From: Thalia democratica
Lineage: Eukaryota
Direction of reading: 5' to 3'
Length of the DNA: 64,000 bases
Assembly: GCA_965202585.1 (NCBI GenBank)
Contig: OZ241833.1
Coordinates: 42,408,001-42,472,000, forward strand
The notes under the pieces are model-generated. The model was not told where the DNA came from, ran no database searches, and was given only the letters and a program-made list of their open reading frames with translations. Numbering within the stretch: the first letter of the stretch is position 1; each line of letters begins with the position of its first letter. A program made the position numbers and the translations under genes. Shown here piece by piece: positions 36,161-47,887 of the stretch.

Positions 36161-39100
36161 CTTCATTAAGGATTTGATAAAGTTATAATAACAAAACTAT
36201 AAGTTAAAAAAGTAGCTTAATATGTTCAAATTCAACTTTTGAAAAAAAAAATTAATTCATACAAACTAGTATTGCATTCGACATCTAAAAACCTGAGTTC
36301 CTCTAAAACAAACCCGAACAAAATTGAAACCTCATGCAGCAGATGATTGACACCAGACTCTGAAATAAAATCTCAATTGTTCATTTCCTCTGCAAGTGTC
36401 TGTAAAATCGAGGTGCCGTCTGCGAAATCGAATCGTGCGAAGCACAACTAAAATTAGCGCTAATGACATTAACGTCAATAAATGTGGTTACAAATCGGCT
36501 TGATTTTTTTTCATTGTGACGTCATAGTGTAATTTTATACAAATCTTGAAAAGGCTGACAATCGTGGCACTGTTGTATTTTCGTGAGAGTTTTCACTTTG
36601 AAAAAAAATTAAGCTTTTCTTTAAAGTTTTTTTTCATGTCGTTGTGTGGCATGTGTGTTTTAAGGAAGTTAGAATTCGATTTTACCACGCGACTTATTTT
36701 AAAAGATTGACACTTGTAATTTAACTAACTGTGTTTTTGTGAGAACTAGTCTTAAATTAAAAATTAAACTTTAATTTCATTCAATTTTGTCATTGTGTGG
36801 TATAAAAAAAGCTTATTAAAAAAATTTAAATTTCTTATTTAGCTTTGTTTTTTCATTTTGCTGTAAATAAACTAACTTTAAATTTACAAAACTTATTGGG
36901 AAGCAGTCTTGACTTAAAAATTTAAGCTTTTTGATGTTAATTTGTCGCTGTATGAAGTCAATAATTTATATTACGAGTGTAAAAAAAATTGCCGTTTTAT
37001 CAAATTTTACATTTAGTTTTATAAAGTTCTCTACTTATTATTTATATAAACTTCTTGGTTTTAGTTTGACTTTATAGTTTGTTTTCAATTTTCTAATATG
37101 TAATCTAAACGACATGAAGGTTTAGTTTTAGAATAATTTAAAAATTTACACATTGTTCTGTTTAAGTATTATGTTTCAAAGAAAACCAACAATGACTTTT
37201 TTTAACATATATAATTTTTTTAATTAGCAAATATTAACTATTTTTTATTGACTAATCTATCAGTTTTAATAATAAAAGCTTATGGTTTTCTCGAAACAAC
37301 TTTAACGAAAAAGATTAATATAAAGTAACATTGTTTTGTGTTTAGACGTACTTGCGCAGCAAAGGTAAACGAGACGTCAAATTTATTACGTCATAAAGCT
37401 ACGCATAAAAACCCGGTAGGACTTTTTATGTGTACTATTTTATGGGCACTATTTTATGTGTAGAATTGCTGCATTCAATTTTTGATGTGATGTCATCAAA
37501 ATTATGTGTAGTATTTAGATGTTGCTGCAATTAAGTTGCTGCAATTAAATGAAAAATAAATTACTGTCCATGCCTTATATAAATATTATGGATAAAATAA
37601 ATAGTACACATAAAAATAGTACACATAAAAAGAACTACCCATAAAAACCAATAACAATAAAGTTACCAAAAGTTTTCATAACATAGATAGTTTATGCTAA
37701 CTTGTGCAAATTTAATATAGATTATGAGCGGGTTATTTACGTCACATTTGTAAAATCAAGTTTCTAAAGAATAACGTGTAGAAACTGAATGAGTAAAAAA
37801 CAGTTGGTTATACAATTTAAAAATAAAAGAAATAACAAAAAATAAACTTTTAAACTCGGTTGATTTCAAAACAAAGCATATTTGTGACTTATCTTCCGCG
37901 GTTTTAAAGCATACTTTTAAGATTTATCTCTGCTTTTAAATTATTAAGACAAAAACGGATTTTATTTTGAAATAGCAGATTGATGCAGTGCGGTTAATAA
38001 AAGCATAAAATAAACGTAAATATTAAAGTTTCATAAACATATATAAAGTATTTACGATGAAATACCGTTTAATTTTCTTTAACAAAAATTCACCCTGCTT
38101 TTAATTTCAACCGACGAGTTTTAGTAAATACTAATAATTTTAATGATTATAAGAATAATTTTAATCAACTATCCCTGCTTTTGTATCTAACCGACGAAAA
38201 TGGCTTCTCATAGGAAATAGCGGGTTGGTGCAGCGCGGTGCTGACATTTATGGGGCTGATCGGGGGAATACCCATCGGCAATCACGTGGACAGGGGAAAG
38301 CAGTTTTCGTCGACGCTGAAGATTTGTTACGGAAGCGTCGTAGTTGGACTGGCAATAGTGGCCGGGGTTTGTTTGTTTGTTAAACTTATTATTTTATAAA
38401 AAAATATTTGTTTATTAAATTTATTATTTTATAAAAATTTGTTTGTTTGTTAAATTTATTATTTTATAAAAATTTGTTTGTTTGTTAAATTTATTATTTT
38501 ATAAAAATTTGTTTGTTAGTTAAATTTATTATCTTATAAAAATTTGTTTGTTTATTAAATTTATTATTTTATAAAAATTTGTTTGTTAAATTTATTTTTA
38601 TGTGTATTTGTATTTTTCGCCTTCGAATTTTTTTACGGTTGCGTTGTTAGAACTTTATACCAGTAAGTAGTTTGAAAATAACAAAAAAATGTTTTTAGTA
38701 AAATGTAAACTACCAAAAAGGACACCAGGGTTAAACCTACACCACCTTTGTAGCGAAAACTACAGTATTAATTATCAATTTAAAATTAAATTGAAATATC
38801 TAGGTTTACCAGTTTTACATGGATTACTACATCCTGATTTTTAATGCAGGAATTGGAACACTATAGTTTATCTAATGTAAACTTAAAATATGTAGGTTTA
38901 CCAGTTTTACATGGACTACTTCACCCTAATTTTTATAGCAGGAATTGAAATACTATAATTTATTTAATGTAAACTTAAAATGTCTAGGTTTACCAGTTTT
39001 ACATGGACTACTACATCCTGATCCTGATAGCAGGGATCGGTTTCTCTTCCTTCGCAATTCTACCGATTGGTATGGAGTTGGCGGCCGAATGCACTTATCC

Positions 39101-41793
39101 GGTTGGCATCGCCACAACCAGTGGGCTCATTGTTATATCGGGGTTTGTTTCATCTTGTTATTTATTATAATTAGAAAAGAAAACGTTGTGTTAGGATGAA
39201 TTGTTTGAAAAATTATCGCTAGAGAAATACAGCTGGTTACGAAAAGACCGCTGCTTATTACTTAATAAGCCGTTTCTTGTATGTATATTTTAAAACTTAT
39301 TCGGTGAATATCGCTGCAATTACTGGTTTTATTTTTATACCGGGGTTTGAAATAAGTTGTATTTGCAATTTTTTGGGTTTTACTACAATTTGCGGACTTA
39401 TTATTAGTTCGGAGTGAGTGTTATGTGTATTTTCAATCTTATATTATTAAAAACAAAATTAAATCGAGGTTTGTAGTTTTATTTTATCCGTTAGGCGCTT
39501 CTACTTAGACAGTAATTTTAGGATGATAAGTTGTTTCTAAAACATTTCGTTTGACTTATTTTTTTAATTTATCGGCTTAGCGTTGAGAAAACAAGTTGCC
39601 AAGTAAAATAAAATATTTACCAGTAAAATTTATAAGTGATTGATTAGTTTTGTTCATCTCTTTAGCCATTGATTTGGTGTGTGGTATGTAGTTTATTGGT
39701 AGTTTAATCTGTAAGCTACACCTTCCCCTTATAGATTTTAGGTACTTTTCAACTTTGATTTTTTGGAAGGGCTGTTGTTAATGTGCTTTGGGCTTTAGAT
39801 TTTGAAATTATTGGATATTCAGTTGATTACTAAGCTAGATTTGTGAACTGTTGCTGCAAAGTTTTTGAAGTGATTTTTGACTGAATTTGCCGTCATAACG
39901 AGTGGCAAATAGTAGCTGAGATGAAATTTCTGCAAGATGAAGACAGCTTCTGAAGATTTGACAGAAATGCTTGTTACAGGCATTTGTTGCTTTGGAACGT
40001 ATAATTGGAGATTGGTGACTTTGGAATTGTTGAATATTTGGTTGTGAAAGTTTTAATTTATTCAGTTTTTGCCTTGTATAAGTTTTATGTTTATGTTTAT
40101 TTAATCACTGTAATTTGTTTTTTCTTTTTATGTTAGTGTCTTTCAGTTTAACTGGCTTAGGTTTTAATGCCTAGGTCCTTCGTTGGACAATAAACTTAAT
40201 AATAATAATAATAATAATAAAACCAAGTATAGAAACAAACTTCAATAAAATTTTTGAAGTATTTTGTTTAAACTCTTTTCCGACTTCAGGTATTAGTTTT
40301 TATTGATAAATTGATATAATAAGTATTTTTACAACTTATCATATTAGCTTCTGTTGCTACCAGTAAGTTCAGCCGCATCAGGTTAGCAGTCGGTTCAATT
40401 TTTAAAAGTGTTGATTTTTGAGTTGTTTTTACCTGGTTGATATTTTCATTCGAACAACCCTACCAGGCAGAAACAAGATCACAAATCACGTGATCAAAAA
40501 TAAGTCGTAGCTGCATCAGACAGATTCAACTTTGTTGTTGATTAACAAATGTAATTAATAATTGAAAACAACAAAGTAATAAATTTATTTATATTTTTAA
40601 TACCAGACAGGTCCAGTCGCTCATCCTTGTCGTCGTCATGCAGTCGCTTTCCTTCCCCGTTTCCAAGCAACGAGCCTGCGAGCTCAACTCGGCCTGCTTC
40701 ACCAACAACTGCACGCTTGTGACGTCACAGTACGGTGACGACATGACGTCACGTTATACAGGTGACAATATGACGTCACTGTCGGTCACTGAGCCGCCGG
40801 TTGAAGACGACGACCAGACGACGTACGACCTCACGAGTGAGTTTTAGTTTTGTTTATAATATTATGTTTATTAATAAAAGCTAATTATATGAAGATTCCA
40901 ATTTTAAATAAGATGAAAAGCAAGAATTCATTGAGTTTTTGCTTGTTTCGTAAACCATAAATAATTTATCTTGTACAAAAGTATGAATATTTTTTCAAGT
41001 AAAAAGCTGTTTTTAGTTTTTGATTAAGAGTTCTCGTTTCAAATAAGATATAAAAAAAATTAGTTAATTTTTGGAATCTACAGCTATTTCTTTTTATTTA
41101 AAGTTCATTTAATGAACATGAAATAAACAAAATTTCAATGAAGAGCGTGCAAATTTTTATATTTGAAAAACTACAAAACTTCTTCAATTATACCTGCTAA
41201 TCTTACTTTTTACTATCACAACAAACATCAAAATATCTAGTGTAAAATTCTTATTGAAAAATCTACAACTATAAAAATTTTTAAATCACCCCGATGCTAG
41301 CTATTGTCCTAAAATTACTAATATAACTCACAACGAGCGATATCGTCTCCTTTGAGAAACCTTGTTTAAAAAAAAAACTTTTATAACAGAAAATAAAGCA
41401 AACTGTTTAAATTAAAAACACGTTTCTTCCACAGATTCAATGTACAATAAGTCAAATAAATATTTAATTGTAAGTAATCAAACTAAATTAATAATTTTGA
41501 AAATTTTATTAAACAAAATTTTGAAAACTATTTCTATTCACAAACTCACTATTTTTTTGCCTTAAAAATCTTAACCGTAAAAATAAATATGTTATTTTTT
41601 ATAAACTGTTTCAATCATATTCACAGACTCCATGTACTTTTGCTCGGCTTGGATCGGCGCGATATTCCTGGTGCTGGTGATTTTCTTCAAGCCCGAGTAC
41701 AAGAGGATGCGCGCAGAGGCTCAACATTCGAAACGCGCGGGAGGAGTTTCGAACGAGGGGAGTTTTTCCTCGGATGACGAAGCAAAGTTGTAG
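26997..41793 (+). CDS. SLC49A3: MFS transporter of the SLC49 (FLVCR-related) family, most similar to SLC49A3/MFSD7; 11 coding exons, 524 aa
   Basis: Exons 26997-27152, 28659-28798, 29383-29454, 31304-31464, 32333-32412, 32875-33015, 33350-33469, 38214-38366, 38988-39142, 40607-40836, 41627-41793. All are AG/GT with consistent phases; total 1575 nt. Motifs KVYKKRWWVL, NWLTF, PAKTAEAWFPERERTVAN, NPPTPP, QILCPYGYS, VDR, MELAAECTYPVG and FFKPEYKRMRAE parallel what I recall of MFSD7. Orthology versus SLC49A4/FLVCR needs a tree. Confidence 0.88.
30960..31335 (+). repeat. Three tandem copies of the acceptor plus 5' end of MFS exon 4
   Basis: AAACAG|CACA(G/A)T(T/C)GACA(A/G)C(T/C)T.(T/G)GGTCGGG begins at 30984, 31130 and 31304 (the full exon). 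Confidence 0.9.
33588..34413 (+). repeat. About seven degenerate tandem copies of the 3' end plus donor of MFS exon 7
   Basis: Variants of (L/M)IAQILCPYGYSS|GT end at 33638, 33810, 33918, 34041, 34170 (GC), about 34212 and 34407. Confidence 0.8.
36115..36159. repeat. (TA)n microsatellite
   Basis: Direct reading. Confidence 0.95.
37414..37640. mobile_element. Mutator-like (MULE) MITE with 9-bp TSD
   Basis: TIRs (C/G)GGTAG..CTTTTTATGTGTACTATTTT and its reverse complement. ATAAAAACC is duplicated exactly at 37405-37413 and 37641-37649. Confidence 0.8.
38367..38597. repeat. About 35-bp minisatellite starting at the donor of MFS exon 8
   Basis: GTTTGTTTGTTAAATTTATTATTTTATAAAAATTT x about 6; the first copy begins at the intron GT. 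Confidence 0.9.
38795..39035 (+). repeat. Three tandem 92-bp copies of the acceptor plus 5' end of MFS exon 9
   Basis: TAG|GTTTACCAGTTTTACATGGA(T/C)TACT starts at 38804, 38896 and 38988 (the full exon). Confidence 0.92.
39780..40222 (+). mobile_element. Degenerate 3' end of a CR1/L2-like non-LTR retrotransposon with (AAT)n tail
   Basis: Broken frames give LDIQLITKLDL.TVAAKFLK and LLWNV.LEI, resembling the C-terminal WN.LP.EI region. Ends GCCTAGGTCCTTCGTTGGACAATAAAC followed by (AAT)n. Confidence 0.55.
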
Positions 41794-44700
41794 TATAAGA
41801 TAAGTTATATATATTTTTTTTGTCATAAACTAACCTGCCTTTGTTTTTTTGATGAACAAGATATTTTAAATGAAAACATTTTTCTAGAAGTCTAGATAAC
41901 TTTTAAATTAATGTTAAGTTGAACTATTTTTAAGTTAAAAGGTTTTTTATGAACACAGTTTTAGTATTTTTATCATATTTTACAAGTTTTTTTTTTCACA
42001 AATTGATTCTTCATTTGGTTTGACTAACTGCTTCAAATAATTAGCTTCTTAACATAACTAAAATTATTGAATGCTTAAATGATAATACTTTATAACTTAT
42101 ACGAACGCAAAAGCTAGCCTGTCCTTATTTTTTAGATCATTTCGTCTTTTTGTTTAACCTTAAACTTTTTGAGAAAATAAAAAGTTTTTAGAAAATTATA
42201 AAGAAAAAAAATGTAAATGTTACGAATCGAAGTAAAGACTAGTTTATTTGATTTTTTATAAGTAGTTATAGTATTTAATTTCCATTTTTATATGAAAACA
42301 TAGCGTGTACTATTTTTAAATTGGTCGTGTTTCACTGACCCTTTTTAAACAAAAAATTTTTTGAAAAGTCTAAATAAGCTCGTTAATTGAGTTTCGTTTC
42401 CTTTTAAAAAAAACATTTAGCCTGTTTTGTATTAACTCGTATTTAACTATAAATAAAAAAATCTTAGAAGTACAAATTAAAGTTAAGTTTACAATGCTTA
42501 TTACAAAGTAAATAATAGCTTATTTTAACTCGAATCTTTAATTTTAATTTACTTGAAAATAATTTGTTAATTATTTTTTTAAACTTTTTTTTGTTCGGAA
42601 GTAAAAAAATGCTAGTACTTTTTTTAAAGTTTTTTGTTATCTGTGATTGAAAGTAGCATTTAAAAAAGTTACATTTATGAGTTTCTTTTATAAAAATTAA
42701 ATTCAATTATTAAAAAAAATACTTGTAAGTATTTATTTTAAATTCAAAAGTGTAAAAAAAAGGTTGAATGAACATTTCGAAGTTTTTTTTTTAAAGCAAT
42801 TTAAACTAAAAAACATGTTTAAACACTAATGTTTAAAACTGTGCTAATTAATAAAGTTGTGTAAAAACTGAACAAAATAAAAACTCTTATAAAAGAATGT
42901 GTATTCCTCCATGATAGAAATTTTTTTTCGGGTTATTTACTGAAAAAAACTGTATCTACTTTAATGCTATATTTATTTAAAAAACAATACTTAGCAAAAA
43001 AAAAACGTTTATATACAAGTTTAAAAATTTATTTATAAAAAAGCTATTTTTAAAAAAGAGTAGGCTTTTTAATGCTATATTTTAGTTAGTTATACATGCT
43101 TCACTGTCACAACAATGTTTTAGATTCTATTTGTATAAAAAAGTTGAAGACTTTTTTAGAAATTAATGAAAATAAAGCTGTTAAAACTTTAAAATTCAAT
43201 TGTTTTGATACATAACTTAAATAGTTTTGTTAGCAAAAATAGATTACCCAGCTATTAAATATTAGCAAGTTATAATGGAACAGTGAATATTTTACGTCAA
43301 GTGTTTTAAGCTAGTATTAAAAAAACAACTTAAAGCTTAAAAACTAACCAAGTTTTTGTGATGATAATATTTTTTAAAAGGCTTTATAACTCTATCACTT
43401 AAACAAACAGTTAAGTTTTTTGTTTAACTTTAGTATGTAAACTAGTTGTAAATATCCTTTTAATTGTTATCTGAATTTTTTTTTAAACATATGTTGATCC
43501 TTTACTTAAAAATATTTTAAGCATTTTGTTTTTAGTTAGCAACTTATAAACTGATCTAATTAAATGCTAGTAAACTTAAACTAGAGCCTAAACCATTGGT
43601 TTTGAGCATTTTAAAAGTTATGCTTACTAAATTATTGAAACTAAACATGTGCTCACTAGACTATTAAAAATGTTAACTAATATGTAAAGCTTCTACTTGA
43701 ACGCTTTCAATGTATTAAAATGTAAGCAACTTTATGAAACTTGGCATTTTTTTTCTTATTGAAAAAGATAGAACAAATGTCATAAAAAAGTCGAAAATGC
43801 CTGATCTTGGAAACCTTGTTTCAAACCAATAAAAAACTGAAAATCTTTATAATTACGCAGCCAAGGTAAAAAATGATATTTTACTTTGAAATAAGACTGT
43901 GTGTGATATGAAATGTGAAAGTTTAACAAAAATAATTTTTAGATGAAAAAAAATAAAATTAGAATAAACAAGTCACGTATTTTGTAGTTCTCGTTTCAAG
44001 TTGATTAAAAGTTTTTACTTAGTTAATAACAGTAATAAAAAACATAAACCAAAATAAGTTAATTTTAGAAAATGTTTTGATCTCACTCTCTAAATGTTTG
44101 TAATTTTCTATAAGTTTAAAAGTATACAGATTTTCGCTTAGTCCCTTAAAAAAACTTCAATTCTTTAGATAAATTTTTTTCCGAAATAGCATTAAAAGAT
44201 ATTACTAAGCAAATCAAAATAAAATGGAGACTAAAAGATAGTTATTTAGATTAAGTTTTCTAATTTTAGGTTGGTTTCAGTAGAGTTGTATTTAAGATAG
44301 CTTCAAAAAGTTATTGATATAAAATATTAGTAAGATTAAATAGACAATTAATAGCATGGTTTATTTCTTTGGTACGGAATACTTAAACAAGCAAAAAAAG
44401 TTGGAGTTTACTTGAAGGTTGTATTAAATGAAATAATATAAAAACATAAATTGTAAACGATTATCAATTTGCATGTTCTGTTTTTAATTTTTTTATTAGT
44501 TTATATTTAATACTGGTTATTTTTATAAAATTTAACATAAGGTATCAAAAATAGTGAAAAGTCACAAACAGTTTAACTTATTCATACAAATAAAGATCAA
44601 ACCGACTATTAAAAGCTGTTTGTTAAAACTGCATTAAAAATTGTTTCTTAATTTCACCATCCAATGGCTTGCAGACGGCGAAATATATTGAAATTGTCAC

Positions 44701-45929
44701 CACAGGCTGGTTAAACAGACCATTTGTTTATTCAAGTTGCAAAACATCCGTCTCACACGTTTACATTGAAGTATTTTTGTTTGTTTATTTGAAAAAAATA
44801 TAATTTTGAATTAACAGTAGCAGCAACTTGTTCGTCAACAAGAAGTAAATAAAAGCTTAAAATAAATATTTCAAAATTAAAATATAAAAAGTATAAGGAG
44901 GATGACAATTGCAAATAGTTGTTATTTAATTAAAGTTTAATGGATTGCAAACGACAATTTTTATGACAGTTGTTTTAAATAAGTGCACAATTTAAAATGG
45001 CGATTCTTATTTTTTTTATGTTTTAATCCGTTTTGGAAGGTTATTACCTAAATTACCCCCCTCCCCTTTTGGAAGGTTAACTGAAATTACTTCCAATATA
45101 CAAAATAATGTTGTATTTTGAAGAAAAAAAGTGTTTTGATTTTAAAGCTTTTTAAATACAAAAATTGTATATTGTAAAGAACTTATTTTATGTAATAACA
45201 AGGTTACAGATTTTAACTGTAATATAATTAATAAACATTATTTTACTTAACTTGTAATAACGAAAATTTACCCCAAGGGGTAAAGTTAGCCCAGGTAAAA
45301 ATCGCTGGTCTTAACTATTGACTATTTACTTTTGTTTCAACTTACAAACAAAATATTTGGATTGTTTAAAAACACTCAACTTTCAAAATTACTTTTTAAA
45401 ACAGGTTAAAGTTTATTGATTGTTTTTTTAAAACAAACGGCTAAGAGTAAAATTAGCTTCAAAGCTAACTAAAAGTACGACAAGTAAATATTAGTAGTAT
45501 TTTTTTACATAAAATTCAAAAAAAAATTAATAAGAAGTAAATGTAAGCTTGAAATAAACAGTTTTAACTTAGTATATAAAAGTTATAATTAGAAATACAT
45601 TGTCTACTATAGTAAGACCTACATTAGTAAACTAATTAGCTTGTCCAGTATTTATAAGTTACGATAAAATCTTGATTTTAAAGTCGACTAAAATCTTTAG
45701 GTTTTTAATTGTACATTTATTACTACACTTAAGATGAAACTTATTATAGAAATAGTTTTGTTATAGAACACTTGAAACTTTTCTGGATAATTCTAAAAAA
45801 TACCAGACCTTATTTATTTGTAAAAAAACGTAGCTTGGTTTACTTTTTATATCAACAGTCAAATATTTATTACTTTTTGCAACATTGGAAGTTTGTATTT
45901 ATGTATTCAAATATGATCATTTGAGTGAG

Positions 45930-46505
45930 AACAGGTCAGAATCGAACATCATGAATTTTTATGAAATATTAATTTTTCACAGAGTGTCACTTCAGCTGAA
46001 AGCATCGTTTATTCACAAAACTTCATTTTTGAACAGAGCGTCACTTTAGCACCACAAACTATGTATACGTCATATAATTGGACGTACTATCACAAAACAC
46101 TTTTCGTTTCTAAAATATACAGAACTTTAAACATAATATTACCTACAGATGTTAAGTACCTATTATTACTACATTCACGCGTCACGCAACGTTTTTTTTA
46201 TCTTGACCAAAACATTAAACTACATTTGTGGTGTATGACTCGATAACAGAAAGTTTTTTTTTTGTGGTCCAGACTTGTAGACCAAAGTTTTTGAGCGCTT
46301 TTATTGTCGTTCAATAGCCGATATTTGTGAATGCTTATTAAACTTAAAAGTGTGACTCAATGCTAAGATATCACTCCGTGCTAAAGTGAAGCCTCGTGCA
46401 AAAGTGACATACTGTGTTAAAGTGTCACTTCCTAATAAATGAACAATCTTTGCTAAAGTGACGACTAGTGCTAAAAAGTCGCTATGCGATTCTGACAGCT
46501 ACCCT
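45930..46505. mobile_element. Foldback-type element with inverted arms of 18-bp subterminal repeats
   Basis: GTCAGAATCG near 45933 and CGATTCTGAC near 46487. The right arm has about 7 tandem 18-bp GTGCTAAAGTGAC-like units; the left arm has reverse-complement units (GCGTCACTTTAGCAC, GTGTCACTTCAGC). Confidence 0.6.
46215..46305 (+). repeat. Dispersed repeat, second copy at about 55803-55890
   Basis: TTAAACT.....TGTGGTGTA(T/C)GACTCGATAAC(A/C)GAAAG.TTTT...CAAA.TTTTT..GCG.TTTT is present at both loci. Confidence 0.7.
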
Positions 46506-47044
46506 ACTTAAGTGCCTTAATAATACAAAATACTCAATTTAATGTTTCAGTACTAACATGTATATATTTTTTAACTTTTTTATAGAAAATTTACAAAACT
46601 GTGATCTTAATAATAGTTGATAAAAAGATTAAAATGCTACAACAAAAAATTACTTTCTTTTTTACAAAACGTTATCCGCTAGGAGAAACTTTATAACTTG
46701 CTTTGATATTATATAATTATGTGATATAATAATATAATCAATCACTATTAAGTTTACTAATACTTTGTAAAATATATTGTTAAAGTAAAGCTAAAAGAAA
46801 AGATTTTTACGAAAAGTTATAACATCTTATCATAAAAGGATATATAGAAACACTTTTAGTATAACTTCTAATTAAGTAATATTTAGATTAAACATCTTCA
46901 ATATAAGATTTACTAATAGTTTTAGTTTAAATTTTTTATAGGTAAACGTTAATTCAAAAAAAATTTATATACTAAGAAAAACATATGAAAAGTTTTTTTA
47001 TTGGAGTTTTCGATAAATATTTATACCAACGTTATGAAATGAAA

Positions 47045-47152
47045 TACCATGATAATGAAGTTAAATTTTATTTTACCATAATAATGAAGTTAAATTATAT
47101 TTTACCATAATAATGAAGTTAAATTATAATTATTATAATATTGAAGTTAAAT
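47045..47152. repeat. About 29-bp minisatellite x about 4
   Basis: TACCAT(G/A)ATAATGAAGTTAAATT(T/A)TATTT starts at 47045, 47074 and 47103, with a degenerate fourth copy. Confidence 0.85.
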
Positions 47153-47887
47153 AAAATTTTACAAAAAATTCTACACCGTACGGATAATTAATGGTTTCAA
47201 AGTTTTATTTAGGAAAAAAAAAACAAACTTTAAAATTTAGTTATTAATCTTTAAACTTAGTATTATACTTATAAATTAGTTATTAATAAATGTTCTTGAA
47301 CATTGAACATGCTTAAAAAAGCTACCTATATAACTTTTTGTTTGAGATAACCTATAAACACTTCAACAAATATCTATAAAAAGTTTAAGTACTCAAAGAA
47401 GTTTTAATTTCAATCGCTAAAAGTTAAGTAAATAAGTTGATAGTTTAAAAAAATGCTTAAATAATTTTAAGCTATTATATAAAACTTAGTTAAATACAAT
47501 CAAAATTTTATTACATATGCTGAACAGAATGTACTGAAAACAAACAAATTTCTTTAACTTTTACATAGTTAAAATAACGACGTTTCAATTTTTTACTTTA
47601 AAATGACTATTATTTTTTTTAACAAAAAGAACTTCAAAATATTCTTAATAATAACATTTTATATAAAACTGAAATTTAGTTCAAAGAAAGAAAAAATAAA
47701 TAACAAAATAACGCAAATATAAAAACTAAAAACGATAAAAAACACTGAAAGCTAATTAATCAAAGTTTAAAGACAAAAAAAAAAAAACAAACACAAGGTA
47801 CTATGTACTTAAAATACAATGCATTACAATAAACTCTACAAAGTTGTTTCCCTAAAACTTTAATACAGAGATTCCACTGCCGTAATA

